Assembly: GCA_965287045.1 (NCBI GenBank)
Contig: OZ336881.1
Span: forward strand, 53,072,001 to 53,136,000
DNA: 64,000 nt
Direction: 5' to 3'
DNA from: Carcharhinus amblyrhynchos
Lineage: Eukaryota
A program made the position numbers and the translations under genes. The notes under the pieces were generated by a model that worked only from the letters and a program-made list of their open reading frames with translations, was not told where the DNA came from and made no database searches. Positions 1 to 14,923 of this stretch are shown here, piece by piece. The stretch's first letter is position 1, and each line of letters opens with the position of its first letter.

Positions 1-3000
1 ACTCTGCTAAAAGCAGTTTTTATTTCCTTAACTTATTTCCCCTTATTTCATGAAGTCAGGTTCCCATCTGGGTGATTCAGATGGTATTACCTCAGCAGTA
101 CACAAAAAAAAGAGCTGCTGGAGTAAGTGACTTCAAATTCTAATAGCTGGATTTATCATGGCAGATAAAATAACTGTACAAGAAGAAACATCCTTCCAGG
201 TGCAGCTAGCATAGTTTGCATGATGGATAACCTAACATGTATAGAAAGGCTACTGGAATACTGTGTCCGTATTTGGCAAATGGTGCTGTAATGTGCACTA
301 ATCCAGTCTATCACGATGAACTTTTGAGCCAGCTTTTGAAATGCCCAGACATCAGGAGCTGTCATCAGTCTTTTGTTCTCCCCTTTATGCATTAAGAGCT
401 CTGGTCAGTGCACTGAGAAGAAGCCTACACCCTGCTAACCTTGCCTATTAAAGGCAGGGTCTTAACAGCTGTCTAGAGTGCTAAGAGGTCACAAACACTG
501 TTTGCTATGCCAACAACTACTACTCATCCCTGGTGAGCACGCATGAGACTCCCGGTCAGGCTGGTGTCAAAAGTGCATTGCAGGCATTTGCAGTTGTTAA
601 TGCTTTAGGAGGAAAGGAAGACTATGTTGTGCTAACAAGCTATTGTACGAAGCAATAAAGTATCGCATTTTCCTGCAGCCATCAAAATCTTATTAACTCA
701 TGACCCATTTGTCTGCTCTTCAGCTTTCTCACTGTTACACTTACTAATCCGAGCTTCTTAAAAGGTTACTTGAGAAACTATGTGGGATATTTTGTGATTG
801 ATACCATGTAGAACTGTTGTGTAATAACAAAACAATGTAAGGAGCAGAGTGTGTCCATATAATTCTCTTGCCTTTGCCTTTGCATTTGCAGTCATACACA
901 AATCTGTACGGGCAGGAAAATATTGAGTTATCTTGGTTAAAAAAAAATTCTGTCTGGATTGAATAGTAGGCATTACAAGTCATAACCATTTTAATGAACA
1001 ATTTATTCAGAGGCAATCAGAGTATTGACATCAAATTATCATACACTATGTTTAACCAGAGCCAATGTTAAGATTACCATGCAGAGATCACCACATTCCA
1101 CTTGTGTCTTGTGACAACATTTTGACACTCGGAATGCAGAACCAGAGGTCTTAGCCAGAGCTTCATTTGCTACTGGAAGGTTAATCTTATCTCCATACTT
1201 TAGCAATTCCCATATATAGCCCAAATTAGACATTTAAACAGCTTGTGGGGCTTAGGTGAATATTTTAGGCAGTGATATGACTACTTTCCTTTCACAAATC
1301 AGTTAAAACTTTCTGAGAGGCTACATTATTCAAAGTGTGCACGGGTTTACTGTGCTTGTGTACGTAAAGGGCATTGTTCAAAACGCAAAAAAGGAAATAA
1401 ACACCTGACTGTAAAGATGAAAGAATTGTGACGGCTTGCATTTATTGATGGCTCAATTCTGGCATAATATTTATACATTTAAACATTTCCTAGATTACAT
1501 AATGGATTTTAAAATATCACCTAATATTGTATTTCAAGAAACAACACTACATAATTGAAGATCAAACCAAATTCATTACTTTAACCTTTAACTTTTAACT
1601 AAATCTGCTGAAAAAAATAGAATTATTAAGAATTGAAGGATAATGAGAGTTTGGCTAATATAGCTACAAATTGGGAATCTTAAGGCTGCTTAGGACTTGC
1701 CTTCAATGCTGCTCTTGAATTTATTTTAGCATTGCAAATTAATTATCATGAAAGTGGTTTCTCAAAATGGTAAACATGCTGGAGGACTGATCCGTCAGTA
1801 GTATAAAAATCAGAATTATCATTTGGATATTCAAATTCCTATGCATACGTTTTTAATTATGTTTCTAAAGATCCAGTCCAATTCATCACTTTGCTTGTTT
1901 AAGGTTAACCTTGAAGTATTGTTTTTAAAGTTTTAGACTGTTGTTGGCTAACCACCTTCTGAAAGTGAAAGTTCTGCCTCTGTGGAAATTATTAATATAA
2001 AGCCACAGCAGATGAAGAAAAAAATAAACTCTACACCTTTCCCAAATGTAAATACCATCATCTTAAAACTAATCAAAATACCTATAGCAACAGGATGAAA
2101 AATCTCTTAAGATGACCAAGGAATCAATAGAGACGTAATTCTGAGCCGTATTTACAGTGCTATTTTGCTTCGGTTCGTCATGGGCTCGCGAACCAGAGGC
2201 GACAATCTACATAAATGTAAGCAAACAGAGTGGAATTCAAGAATGCTTTGTCCATCTGCCACTAAGCTACATTCGGAATCTAAGGAACTATTTTATCATC
2301 TGGTGAATGGATGGTGGCTCCGGCAATGATGAAGTTCATATAAAAATACACTAGCTGCCATATGTATTTTACTCTGTTTAATATAGGTGACTTTTTAAAT
2401 GTTAGTAAGTAAAAAAAAACTCGTGGCCAAGAAATCTAGCATTGATATTAATTGCATGATAAAATGTGTTTGTTGGGCTCCTTTGGTTGTTAACCAACAA
2501 TAAGATTCCAAAATCTTGCATCTAAATACCTGCAAATTTGGATGAATAGAATGCTTATTCTGCAAAAGATTTATTTCAGAAATTTAAGAACTTTAAAGCA
2601 ATTGATCTATTTCAATAAAAGAAGGAGATCAAGGCAATAGGTTCCAACCCTGTGCAAGCACAGAAGGCAAATGTTCAACTTACTTCACATTGGACACAAA
2701 ATAATAAAAATATCTTTCGGCAGGGAAATAGCGTGAGGGGATTAATTCTCCATTTCTGAATTCAAACGAGGAAGTTATTTTGGAAGGCAGCCAGTCAGAA
2801 GCGGCATTGTTTTAAATGCTACTTGTGGAGAGCGTGGTGCAGCTGGAAGTGACTCGTGTCCCTCGCTAGTTCCTCCCTGGAGACCTCTAAAGGGTACGAA
2901 AATATTCACCAACACTTACCCCTTAATTGTATTCAAGCTCCCAGAAGGCAACACTTGACAAAAATCACCATTAGCTCCTGACAGTACAACATGTTCAGGA

Positions 3001-4229
3001 AATGCTTACCTGATCAATAGTAAATCTATGGGGACTTACTTTACAACTTTGGAATGGTTAAAAAAAATCTTCCTTTTGTCCAATATGGTAAAGTATGTAG
3101 TAGCATTTTTTTTTTCTCTCTTTTGCTTTTATCTACTAGAATTGCAAAAGGCCACCAGCTTGTCATTACAGAAAGCTTCTGCTAAATTAACAAGTAAATG
3201 TCAAAGAATGAGAACTAAAAAGATTCTCATATTAAATACTTATTTACATTTTGATTTTGGAGTTTCATAAATGCAAATGTGCTTTCCAACATAACTAACG
3301 AAAACAACAAATAGGTACACAAATAAGCAAATGGCAATGAACCCCATGTATGTGAATAAGCTAAAACATTTGAGAAAGGACTTTCCTAAAAGATGAAGTA
3401 AAGGTTGACCGGAAATATTACATCAGTTACTTCTTCATCAATTTGTAATTGGAATGCCTCTATGTATTTTACTACGCAAATTGGTTTAGTCAGAAGCTAT
3501 TCATGGCTGGTGCCTTTTTAAATTAAAATGAGGTTTTAGGGTCTCTGCTTCATTGAAATGTCTAAAGTATAGCCGAAATGTCATTTTAGTGAAATGGAGA
3601 TTGTACCGTGTTTGGTAATGCACAAGCACAATGAAAAAGTAATCAAATATAGATGTATAGTTTACAATAAGCTCAACTAAGAGTGGCATTCATTCTTTAA
3701 AGTATGTTACATGGGGCCACTACATCAGCTGCATTTTCAAATAAAACATCATTACTGCTCTGGTTCACTAACGTAGGTAACATCATGCTCCAACTGACTG
3801 AAGCATAAAATATGGTCCAAAATTTAGAACTTGCCTTTCTACGATTGCAGACACAAGAGTCCTGATTTCAGCCAGGTGGATGGGTGGAGTACCAAAACCC
3901 ACAACAGCTGGTATGATTTTAATTCCAAAGCCATATCTATGCGTCATTGCTCAGCCTCCGCTGTAAATGGATGACATGTAGCAGCTGATCGATGAATGGG
4001 AGTGGAAATTTGGATGTCAAGAGGTCGCCAGCACTGAGGTAGGTTGTTGGGAAAGGGTTTTGGGAGGGTCCTGTGAGGGAGAAGTAGGGAAGCCCAGGGC
4101 AGCTTCTGCTGCTCCTAGACCTGCAACGGAAGTAAAATATATGGACTTAGGTTAAGTCTGGATCTTCCCTCCTACTAACTTCACTTGACGGGAAAGCCAT
4201 AACTGCTTCCCCTTCGGGCTAGAGTTAAA

Positions 4230-4355
4230 GGTCTGAATTCTCTGGTCTCACACTTCCTGCCTGGAGAACGGACAATTCGGCGCTCAGCCAAACCTCCATT
4301 CAGAGCAGTGGGATCGGAGAATCCCAGCCACGGGCGAGGTCAGAGAATGCCGACC
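4230..4355. mobile_element. ~125-bp palindromic MITE (Harbinger-like TIR)
   Basis: TIRs ggtctgaattctctg / cagagaatgccgacc (13/15 match); similar elements at 22660-22762, 25955-26082, 41384-41510 and inside both foldback arms. Confidence 0.65.
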
Positions 4356-7300
4356 CCCAAAACTGCAATCGGGACTCAATGGCATAATCAAAGTCTGACC
4401 AGCATGTTAACAAAAGTTTCAGCTACTTGATCAGAAGAATAGGTTAAAATAGGACAGTGGAAATGAGGTGGAATGCTGACAGTTAGACAAGTTTAACTGC
4501 TGCTTGCTCGATTTCTGTCAGCTGGAGAGGGGGAAACTCCCCATTAATGTCCGAAGTGTATCAATTCCTTCAAAATATAATCTGCACCAAACAACTATTT
4601 GGACAGACAGTTATATTAAACAGCCCTTAAATAATGTGGTCTGAATTGCAGTAGTGTACTAATAATAACTACAAATTAACAGGTATTGCCTTCAGTAATT
4701 CTAATACTGTACCTTACTGGAGGTGTTACTGCAAAACAAGAAAGTAATATGGTTAAAATGTATGAGGAGAAATCTTTTTTTTAGGTTAGTCAACATGTAT
4801 CTTTATGTTCCAACAGCTCCATATGAATTTCGGCATTGCATAATACAGAAACCAAGAGCTAGTGACAAGACGATGATTTATGCCTCCAGCCAGGAAGATT
4901 CAGAGGGCCCACGGAGGGTAAAGTGCAAAAGGGGGAGGCTAGACAGCTGCTCTCAGTGGGCTTGCTTTGGCAGCCAGGCTGCAGTTACCTCTTGCGAAAC
5001 CTGTACCTGCAGACGAGCTAATCCACAACTACTCTCCACTAGCAGATGGGGTGAGGAAGGAACTGTAGATGAATATTAAAGGAGTAGAACAGTCCCTCAA
5101 TCAAATAACAGATTCGAACACTGGCAAATGAACTCGCAACAAAAAAAAAATAACAGGTGCTGGCATCGATATGACAAAATGATGCAGATTCTCTTCCACG
5201 TTGCTGTAAGACAAAACTAAATCTAAAAAACTGTTCACATGGGGGGAAAAAAATGAAAAAAAAGAAAATAGGAGGAGTAGCCGAGCTGTATGATTGCTCC
5301 CAAATGGCAATCATCTCCCCAGAGGCTGACGCCAACTTCAAATACCTTCATGTTCTGCATCCAAATTTGTGCTTCATTAGGCTACAGAGTTTTCAAGGTT
5401 TCCATTGTAGACACTCTAATTGCCTATTTGAAGCAGTAATTCAAGTGTAAGGAAGGACCCCAATATCAAATTCAACCACATCACAACAAATGGGAGTGCC
5501 ATATTGATATATGTGTATATGGGTGGCTGGGAGTAGAACAAAAGGCTGCTATTTGTCTGAAGGCTCATGGGGAAAGATGCCATATCAAAACCAGCACAAC
5601 ATCCGTCAGGCCTGTCTCTAACTTCCCTTATCAATTACTGAGCTGTCATCTAAACTCTTGCACATAAGCAAATGTTAAAACATTTAAAACAGGCCTGCAT
5701 AATGGATGCTGCTGTAGGGGCAGAGGTATATCTTGGCAGATGTGAGGAAACAGTAGCTACCAAAGGCATTACTGCGCTACGTTTTGTACGGGAAAGGAAG
5801 CTACTGATTTCACTATTGAAGAGTTTTATTTCTGAAGAAAAGGATATACAACATTGATCATATTACATTAGAACAATTACAGTTCTGAAGACCGTGCCAC
5901 TGGGATAATTCCACACTTGCTGGTACAATACTAGTACCAAACGTGCAAGTGGGAAACATCTAATTATATTGCCTGATTGTGTTTTTTATTCAGGAGTGGG
6001 TAAAAGAAAACAAAGTTGAGGGGAGGGGTCAGGGGGCAGGGGAGATGCCAAGATTTGATGAGTACAAGGTACTACATTTAACGTCATATTTTCTACATGT
6101 TGAAAAGTACATATAAAGGGAAGAAAAATATGGTAAGTTGTATTTTAAAATGGGTTTTGACATGACTGCTGTTGGCTATGGTTGCTATGAAGCAAGGTCC
6201 CTGCTTTGGAATTAGTATGACATATACTGGTTTGAAAGCAAAATACTGTGGATGCTGGAAATCTGAAAGAAAAGCGGAAAATGTTGTTGTTTCTGGGACT
6301 ACCCTTGTACTAGATGTTTTAAAGTGCATTTTTGGTAGCAGAACAGAGCGAACCTTGGCGAAGGAATCAGTGCAACAATGACATTACAATGACAGTGTCC
6401 CTTTAGCTGTGTCAGCATACCACAACATTTTTGTTTTGCAAATTCTTGACATTAAACATTTCAGGATACATTAATAAATTGAATTATGTCGTAAAATGAC
6501 CCATGTCTTCTGTTCAATGTGGTACCTGAAGTGGATTAGCTCAATTTCTTATTTATTTATTCTGTGAAAGATGGCCACATTTGAAAAGGTAGGTCATATG
6601 GATTTGATTTGTGGTGGTTTTAAAATGCAGTCTAGTAGAAGGTGATAAAGGGGATTCTCTCTCTTTCAAGAGCCATTACTATTAACATTTAATTACAAAG
6701 TACAGTGAGTGCTCCTCTTGGAGGAGTCAGGTTTACCAGTACTGTATAAAACATTGAAGTATTACCCTTCCAATTTCCACGTACTATTCATTTTAATAAT
6801 GTATTTTTTATTGAAAGTTCTTCTTCTCCCATCACTTTCTTTCTATTTTCTGTCACTTGTTGGCTGTCCAAGATCATCCATTCTCGGATGCTTAGAAAGG
6901 TGGGGAGGGGGTAGTCACATTTCTACGTGCCTATGACAAACACAGCTTTGTGAATGATTGGTTCCGAGATACGATTCAGGCCGGGAGAACCCTGCCTGCA
7001 TCAGTTCTTTCCTTTCCCAGCACAAGGACCTTTCCACCCTCACCAGTTCAAGATTGAACGTGTCATTTTCATGGGTAATCTTCCATCCGGTGGGTTTGGC
7101 TAGAAATTGAGAAGCAAGTTGAAATAGCACTTTGCAATTTGAACTCGTGCACCCTTGCAATTGGCAGAACAACATTTGATTAGGAGCTTCCTTATTCAGT
7201 CTGACTCTTAAACAAGCATGTGGAGAAAAAAAGTCAAACACTCGATTATCATAAATTTTTGCTATTGAAATGATCAACTGGAGTTTGACAAGATCACTGA

Positions 7301-7634
7301 GCCCACTGTGGATTATGAACACATTATTTATGTTTTCTGAATTTTGTGCACATCACCTGCATCAAGCATTACTCCCAAATATATCAATTTAAATACATTA
7401 CACATTATGAAATAAGTTTTAATGAAGTAAGACTTCTAAATCAGGTAGTCATATGCTAAATGCAATAAATATAAAACCGACTTATGCATCTTATTTAACT
7501 TATCTGTATGTAATACACATGATATATTTATTAATGTTAAAATTTATCATGCTTCTGTCATTTCAGTTGCATAAAAATCACTAAAACAATATAGATCACA
7601 ATGAAATATGACTATTAATTCATACTGTACCTTA

Positions 7635-8036
<402 letters not shown>

Positions 8037-9480
8037 TTAAATACATTAGTGCCTTAATGAAAATGCATTTTGTTTATTGTCCTCTGGAGAGGAGGGTCAT
8101 CACACAGAGTGCATAAATTGCTAGTGCAGACAAGGCAGGTTGGCAGTGAGTGTAATTGTAACCTTGATACTACATGTTAGCAGTACTCAGGGTCCATCAC
8201 ATTCCCCTAGAAACATATGCAACTCCCTGTAATTAGCACCGCATCCACCTGGGACAGCAGCTCTGATGAAATATTTCAGAGTTAATCACACTTTGTAAAC
8301 ACTGATTTATATTGACTACCCTTCTCTGAGCCGATGCTTCCTCATTAAGTAACAGATTAGTGGAACACTAAGAGACTAAATACTGAAAACTCCTCATTCA
8401 ATGCAAAATCTTGTGTAAAACAACAGATCTGGGAAAGAAATCTATTCACATATACATCCCATTCACACAACTGCTTCACGGAAAACATTACAATACAACT
8501 TGTATGCAGCAGATGCAAATTATGCAATCTCTTCTACAGAAAAGGAAATTTAATTTTCAAAATATCTGACTGCTTACATACACAAGCGATGAATAACATT
8601 CTTAAAAATGTATTTTTATCTTAGAACAGGGAGGATCTAGCAGAAAACTGACATATGGTGCAGAAGTTTTATCTTCATTTTTTCCTTTTGGAATAAAATG
8701 CTCTCTTCCTCTTTCATCTATATTTGCCTAATTGAGGATATTAAAAATTAGAAAAACCTACTGGGGTCCATTTACGGAAACAGTTATGACTAGATGCAAT
8801 CTGTAACTTGCTGTAAAAATGTCTTGATAGTCACATAAATGGGAATAGCGATTGGTCTGCATAATGTAGCATATGGGACAATGATTGTGCATCTATGAGG
8901 CCAGTATCACTGAGCACAGTAGCCACTGATGCGTTATGAGATAGGAACTACTCGGCAACAAACAAAATTACTGACCAAATACTGATTCCATTATAACCTA
9001 ATTACTTGCAGATACTCTGAGAAATTAAATGGCGATGCACTACCACAAATGCAGTAATCTAATGGATTTAGGTATTACTAGAGAGTAGGAGTTTTGTTGC
9101 AGTCGTTTTATGTTGTGTATCATGCCACCACATGCACTGCAATGCCTCAGTGAAGCTCCAAGGAAAGAAAACTCCCCTGTCCGCTTTGGTGTAACCATGA
9201 GTTCAGATAGGGAAATCATACTGCAGAAGTCACTATAATCATATAACTTGGCTGCAACTGAACAAATATTCTACAGATGATGCAAATTATACACAAACAA
9301 TTCAAAACTGTGGGCCTGGTCTCATTGTAGTTCATACGAACGCCTTGCGCAAAGTCATACAAATGAAGGCATAAACGGAGCAGGTAATTACTGCTAATAG
9401 TGACACTTACCTGTGCAAAAGATGGTTCAAAAAGTATTATTTCAAAAATTATCTTCAAGTTTCAATCTCCCCATCACCTT

Positions 9481-9544
9481 CATTAATTACTATATGCGTC
9501 ATTAACTAGTCATTAATTACTGTACACACCATTAACTGCTCATT
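9481..9544. repeat. Two-copy 30-bp tandem repeat
   Basis: cattaattactatatgcgtcattaactagt / cattaattactgtacacaccattaactgct (23/30 identical). Confidence 0.75.
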
Positions 9545-10302
9545 TTCATCTTGGATAATAGAAAAAAAAGCCTAAGTTTCACCACAAAAGGAAGATATTT
9601 ACATTATAATTTCAATATTTATTCACCTGAAATGAGTGTTAGACATTTGAGTTAACAGAAACCTGAGCACTTAAATAAAAGGAGAATTATCTGTGCTTTT
9701 TCAGAACTACCAGGAGTTGGTCAAATTCGTGTTGTAACCTAGGTAACTACTTTATCTACAAACAGTGGTTAAAGAATATTGCCACATTGAAAATCCAGAC
9801 AACATCTGTCTTCAAAAACAATTTTCCCCAAAATATGGGGAGGTAGTAACTGGATAAAGCATTTGTTTGAATATTTAAGCTTTTTTTTTCTGTATGAATC
9901 CAATTGAAAATAATCAGCTGGCTCTGACTAAAATTAGTGGAAATGATTAAAGTTAATAATAGAACAATAAAGATTCTTGGCATTCCTGATGAAATATCTG
10001 GTTTGACACTGTTTTCTGTGCACAGTTGCTGGCCTCTCTATATCATCTGTGGAATGTCTTTTAAACTAGGCTTGTTCTTCAAATAACTTAATGACCAATC
10101 TGTTATTTTGCCCACTGATAACTACATCTAATTTGGAGTCATCAGTTAGCCAATTAGAAGCTTAATAAAGTTCTTCCATTGGTATTGAAACTAAGAAAAC
10201 ACAATGGGGCCCTTACCTACTGTGTGTACCAAAAGTGTACTTTTTTACCTCAAAGACAAATAATTTGCAAGAATATCTGGCAGAATAGTAACGAGGTATT
10301 AC

Positions 10303-10715
10303 CTTGTATAGTACGCTTGAAGAATGCTTTGCAGGCCTCACAGGAAGCAACACCATAATGATATCCTGATGCTATGTCACCGCAGACCAAACACAATCTT
10401 TTGGGCATGGAGTTCAACATGTACTCGCACTTGGTCTGCGAGTCTTCGGCTATAGTGCTCGAACAGTCGTCGTACCGCTTACGGGAGCTGCCGTTGCTGC
10501 CCAAGCTGGTCGTTGTGTAGAGTGGGGGAGAGTCCAGGCCATTCTGGTGTCCATTCATAGTGGAGCTGTAGCTCCCACTGGCGTCCGACGAGCCACCTGG
10601 ACTGTGGTGATTGATACTATCTGTCAGCGAGGCAGGGCTGGACGGCTCTGTCTTAATGTATGATGAGCAGCTCGAATCAATGTGTCGATCCTTGGCTGAC
10701 ATTCTGCAGAGAAGC
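10303..10715 (-). CDS. ESRRG: ESRRG coding exon 2 (413 nt): A/B domain with PDSM motif IKTEPSSP (K40/S45) and first C4 zinc finger with P-box CEACKA; internal Met24 at 10702
   Basis: Acceptor ttttcacag|G CTT CTC TGC AGA ATG; donor CAA G|gtaata. Translates to [33 protein letters not shown]...[31 protein letters not shown], diagnostic of ERRgamma. Confidence 0.98.
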
Positions 10716-13700
10716 CTGTGAAAAGCATTGAATTAAAAACAACATTCTTTAGGGGCTTTCTGATAGGCAAGGGACCAGGCATCATTCATTCGTTAGTCAA
10801 TACAAGTTGTTCTACACGAACATAATCAGCATAAGGGCATGACAGAGGTTTATCAAAGCGCGAGACAGGTGGTAAACAAAACTTAAAAGTGGGGGTGGGG
10901 GGGGGAAGAAGAGGAGGCGAAAGAAAAGGAAAGAAATCGTCCTCAAAACCATTCCTCACACACACAATAATTTCCTTCCTTCAAATTCAGTCTTGCAAAC
11001 GTATTCTAACAACCACTGCGCAACAGTTACAAATAGGTACTATCAGAATATAATCTGCTCAAGCCCTACTGCCAAAAAGATTTTTAAAATACCAGATATA
11101 CCGGGCAAAATAGGCACAGCTAGGCTTGAAGCAATCACTGCGGTGAACACTTTGAGATTTAAATACGGGTTGTCTCAAAAATGCTAATAGGAAACTTGTA
11201 ACAAAAAAAGTACAATGACAAAAATCCCTGAAGATTGATTTAATAATTTTTCAATTGACACAAATTAACCCCCATTTGAAAAACACAACCAAATCTCTCA
11301 GTGCAGGGTGACATCAAATTTTGCATTGACAGCACAGAATGGAATGAAGTCAATTCTTCACCCACAAAAGGATAAGATCATAACCTCCCAAATAGCTTTT
11401 TTCTGACAGAAAAGGTTTTCTTTGTTAAATATAGTTTTTAGAATTCCATTGCTCTTGCTGCTAATGTGAATTTTAGTGCCTCTAATTTTAAATTCAACTG
11501 CAGACCAGAATAAAAATCAGCATCTGACAACGGAATTTATAGATAGTTGTGCATGTTCCAATCCCACATTAATAGTGCCATGGAATTTCAAGGGGAGCGA
11601 GGGAGAGTGCACTAATAATTTCCGACTGAAGTCTGTGAACATAATGTATTGGAGAGCAGTAATTACAATGTAATAAGTGGAAGAGTAAGTACTCTAAATT
11701 AGAGGAATTCACAGAGCTGTTGTAAGTCAACGCACATTCAGCTCTCTCTAATGTTGACTTGGGAAAAATTTAATCCCCACTCTTTGCCCCGAGTGGTAGT
11801 CAAGGGATGGGAGAGATATCAATTAATTACTGCTCTCATTAACAGCACTGGCTGCAAGGAAAATTTGTTGCAGGCAAGGTCCTTGACTCATGCAGTCTGG
11901 CAAAGAATGTCCCTCCGATACCACACCAGAGCTGGACAGAAAGAGCCGCTTGACAATTTAACGCCTTTTTACACGAGCAAAGGGAAATCTATAACACACT
12001 ATTTATTAAGTTGAAAAATACGACTGATGACCGATTGAAAACAAATTCAAAAACAACCTTACGATCCTCAAATTAAATGAATGATCAAATGCAATTAACT
12101 AATTGCAAGGTATATGACAGGACACATTCTAATCAAAAATGATTAGTGTATTTCCAGGCTTACTGTTAGTTAACAGCATTCTGTTAAGTAATAGCTGGGT
12201 ATGAATATTGGTGTGACCAGTTATTTTCTTGGGTTTGCCCGGTGTGTGCATACTTACTTTACCTACGGATAACAGACCTATTCTGTCTCCAATTACATGA
12301 AATACATTTCCATAAGATTTCAAAACCAAATATTTTGGAAAAAAAATACAGAGACAATGACAAGATTAAAAACTAAGGATTAAAAAAATCTTAAATGCCT
12401 TGTTGGTTACCCCTATGCTCCACTGATGTAGAAGTAACGCTCTACCAACACTTGAAACTTTCCAGATTTTCCGTTACATTTACTAACAACTAGACAATTT
12501 TAACATATATACTGCATTGCAGGTTCCGTGTGAGTTATCAATTTTGGAGCAATATAAACAAAAATTGGTGACCGCAACAGTTTATTAATGAGCCTTAAGT
12601 TTGGAGGTTTGCCCACAAGCTCAGCTAACACTGCATTTTCTCTTTTGACGTGGTAGGTCATTAACGGAAGTGATGGCCAGTGCTAGAGCTTGAATGTTCT
12701 TGCCTCAGTTGAGTGAGCTTGGTTGCTTCTTTGTCGGGCCACACAGAAAAGAAAATGGCATCACCCAGCTCATCGCACTCCAGTGATCTCCTTTGGTCAC
12801 GCGGAACCCTACAATACTGACCATGATACCTTCCAAGGCAGCAATTCATCCATAATGAAGCAGACAAATGAAAGAAAAAGCCTTCCCTATGTTCCTTGCA
12901 TCAGATCCAACTAACGCCAAGTCAAAGTAGTCATCAAAATATGGCCACCCTGCTTGTCAAACCGATCCCCTCTTTAAATGAGGTAACAGGCCATTATATT
13001 TGTTACAACCATTACAACAATTTTAAGCTTACAAATCAAAAATGCCTGCGCATAAACAATGCCTGGCAAACCATGTGGCACACAACACATATTAAGACAG
13101 CATTTTCAAACTGATCAATATAATTTCCATGGTGAAAATTAGCATGGCTGCCTTCACTTTTGATCTTCCAACACGTCAACAAAACTGTAAGCGCTACTTC
13201 GCAATTAGAAATTTCCTGCCTGCAAACCACAAACCCGAGACAATAATACACCTTTTTAAAATCATGTGTCTTCCTAGCTGATCCTCCCTGGACGCATGAT
13301 AGTAAATTAGCTTTCACTCAATACTGCTATTTTTAAAAAATATTATTAAAAATTTAGTCTTGGCGCAGAGTATTTTCAAAATTGTGATGTTTACAATAGA
13401 TTTGGGAAAGACTGCTTTTCCTCTGAGAATCACTAGACTTTGAGCTTGTAGCAATGTGCAACTAGAAAGTTATTTTATCTGAACTGAATGTTATTTGAAG
13501 ACATTCTTATGAATCAATTTCCTTTTCCCACCTCATTTTTTTTTGCTCTGAAAAGATTTTGCAAACTGAGGGAGCAACCTTCTCTGAATTTAGATTAGTG
13601 GTTCTGAAAGTAATCACTGTAATTCTTTTGTGCTCCAGCAAAAGAATCCACTACAATGTTAACGTTTCTGCTTTGAAGAGCACACTGTAATTCACTTTTC

Positions 13701-14923
13701 TGCTTGAACTAATTGTACTCTCTACACAAGGTGCCAAAATATGGATCAGTCAATAGGAAAATGGCACCAAACGGCATTCAACTCGGACGGGGGGGTGGGG
13801 GGTAAAAGCACATCTAGATGATACAGTGTGTCAGGAATCAACACTGTAATGTATGATTTGGGAAAACATGACCATTTCAGTGTGACAAGGTGTCATTATG
13901 GAATCTAAATGATACAATGGCTTGTCAACTGTCGGAGCAAACATATCATCATTGCATTAAGGCATAGTGGTGAGGAGAGAACACTTTATACTGGCAACAA
14001 CAGCATTTTATAGCTGTATCGGAGATTTCTATAGGTTAGGATTAAAATCCAGAGCATAGGTGAAATGCGTATCTGATGGTCAGAATGGGAAACAAAGTGG
14101 AGTGTGCTGTTCTAGAAATGTACTGACTTTTCTTTTAAATTGTGTATATAATTTTTAAAGAAACTCAGTGTGAATTTTGGTCAGAAAATAGAATATTCTA
14201 TTAATAAACGTCATTGCGAGGGTGCAGGTGGTCTGTTGGAATTCAGGGAGTTAAAAGTGGCAAAGTGCAGATATTACAACAAGAAGAGTTAAGAAGAAAA
14301 CTAGGAGCTTCACACTGCAACCACTCATCAGACTTTGACATAATGTCACGTAGTCCCCTTAATAGCATACTGCAGTCCTTTACTCTCCTAGCAAGAAAGT
14401 GGCTATTGAAATACAACAATAAAGCAAACTACATTCGCTATAATGGAGCTGAACACATTGTCTGAAAGAGATAAATTAAAAAGGGTCGAGTGCAGACAGA
14501 AAGAATCTTGCATAAAAGGGCAAGGCAAAAATTCTCCAATCTATGTCAGGTGGAGATTCTGTATATTGAGAATGGATGTAATTTTGTGACAGCTCTTTCT
14601 TCAATCTATGTTTAGATTTCCAGTTTAATTTTTGTCTTACCACATGTTGTTAAAAGTTGAATATAGTATTTACATTCATTTATGCATATATTTTTGTCCT
14701 AATGTTAGTCCTCAACACCATTTGTTGTCAAACCATGCAACATATCAAAGAACAACAATGCTTAAAATGTATTTTGAAGTTGGATCCTAACTCCTATCAT
14801 GGTACTAATATGACTTCTGATTAAACAGTCCAGTGACACAAATAAATATCACTCATCTTAATGTGCGAAGAGTTTGCAATACAACAGCACTAGCTATAAT
14901 TTAGCAAATTAAAAATAACAAGG

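Noticed and set aside
10303-10715. Assignment to ESRRA or ESRRB
   Set aside because: The N-terminal MDLVELCLPESFSLHY and [35 protein letters not shown] match ERRgamma.
12020-12045. CTGATGA-ccgatt-GAAA hammerhead-like core; also degenerate cores in Penelope-like repeats near 25575 and 27800
   Set aside because: No closing stem II pair and no convincing stems I/III; the repeat copies have mutated cores.
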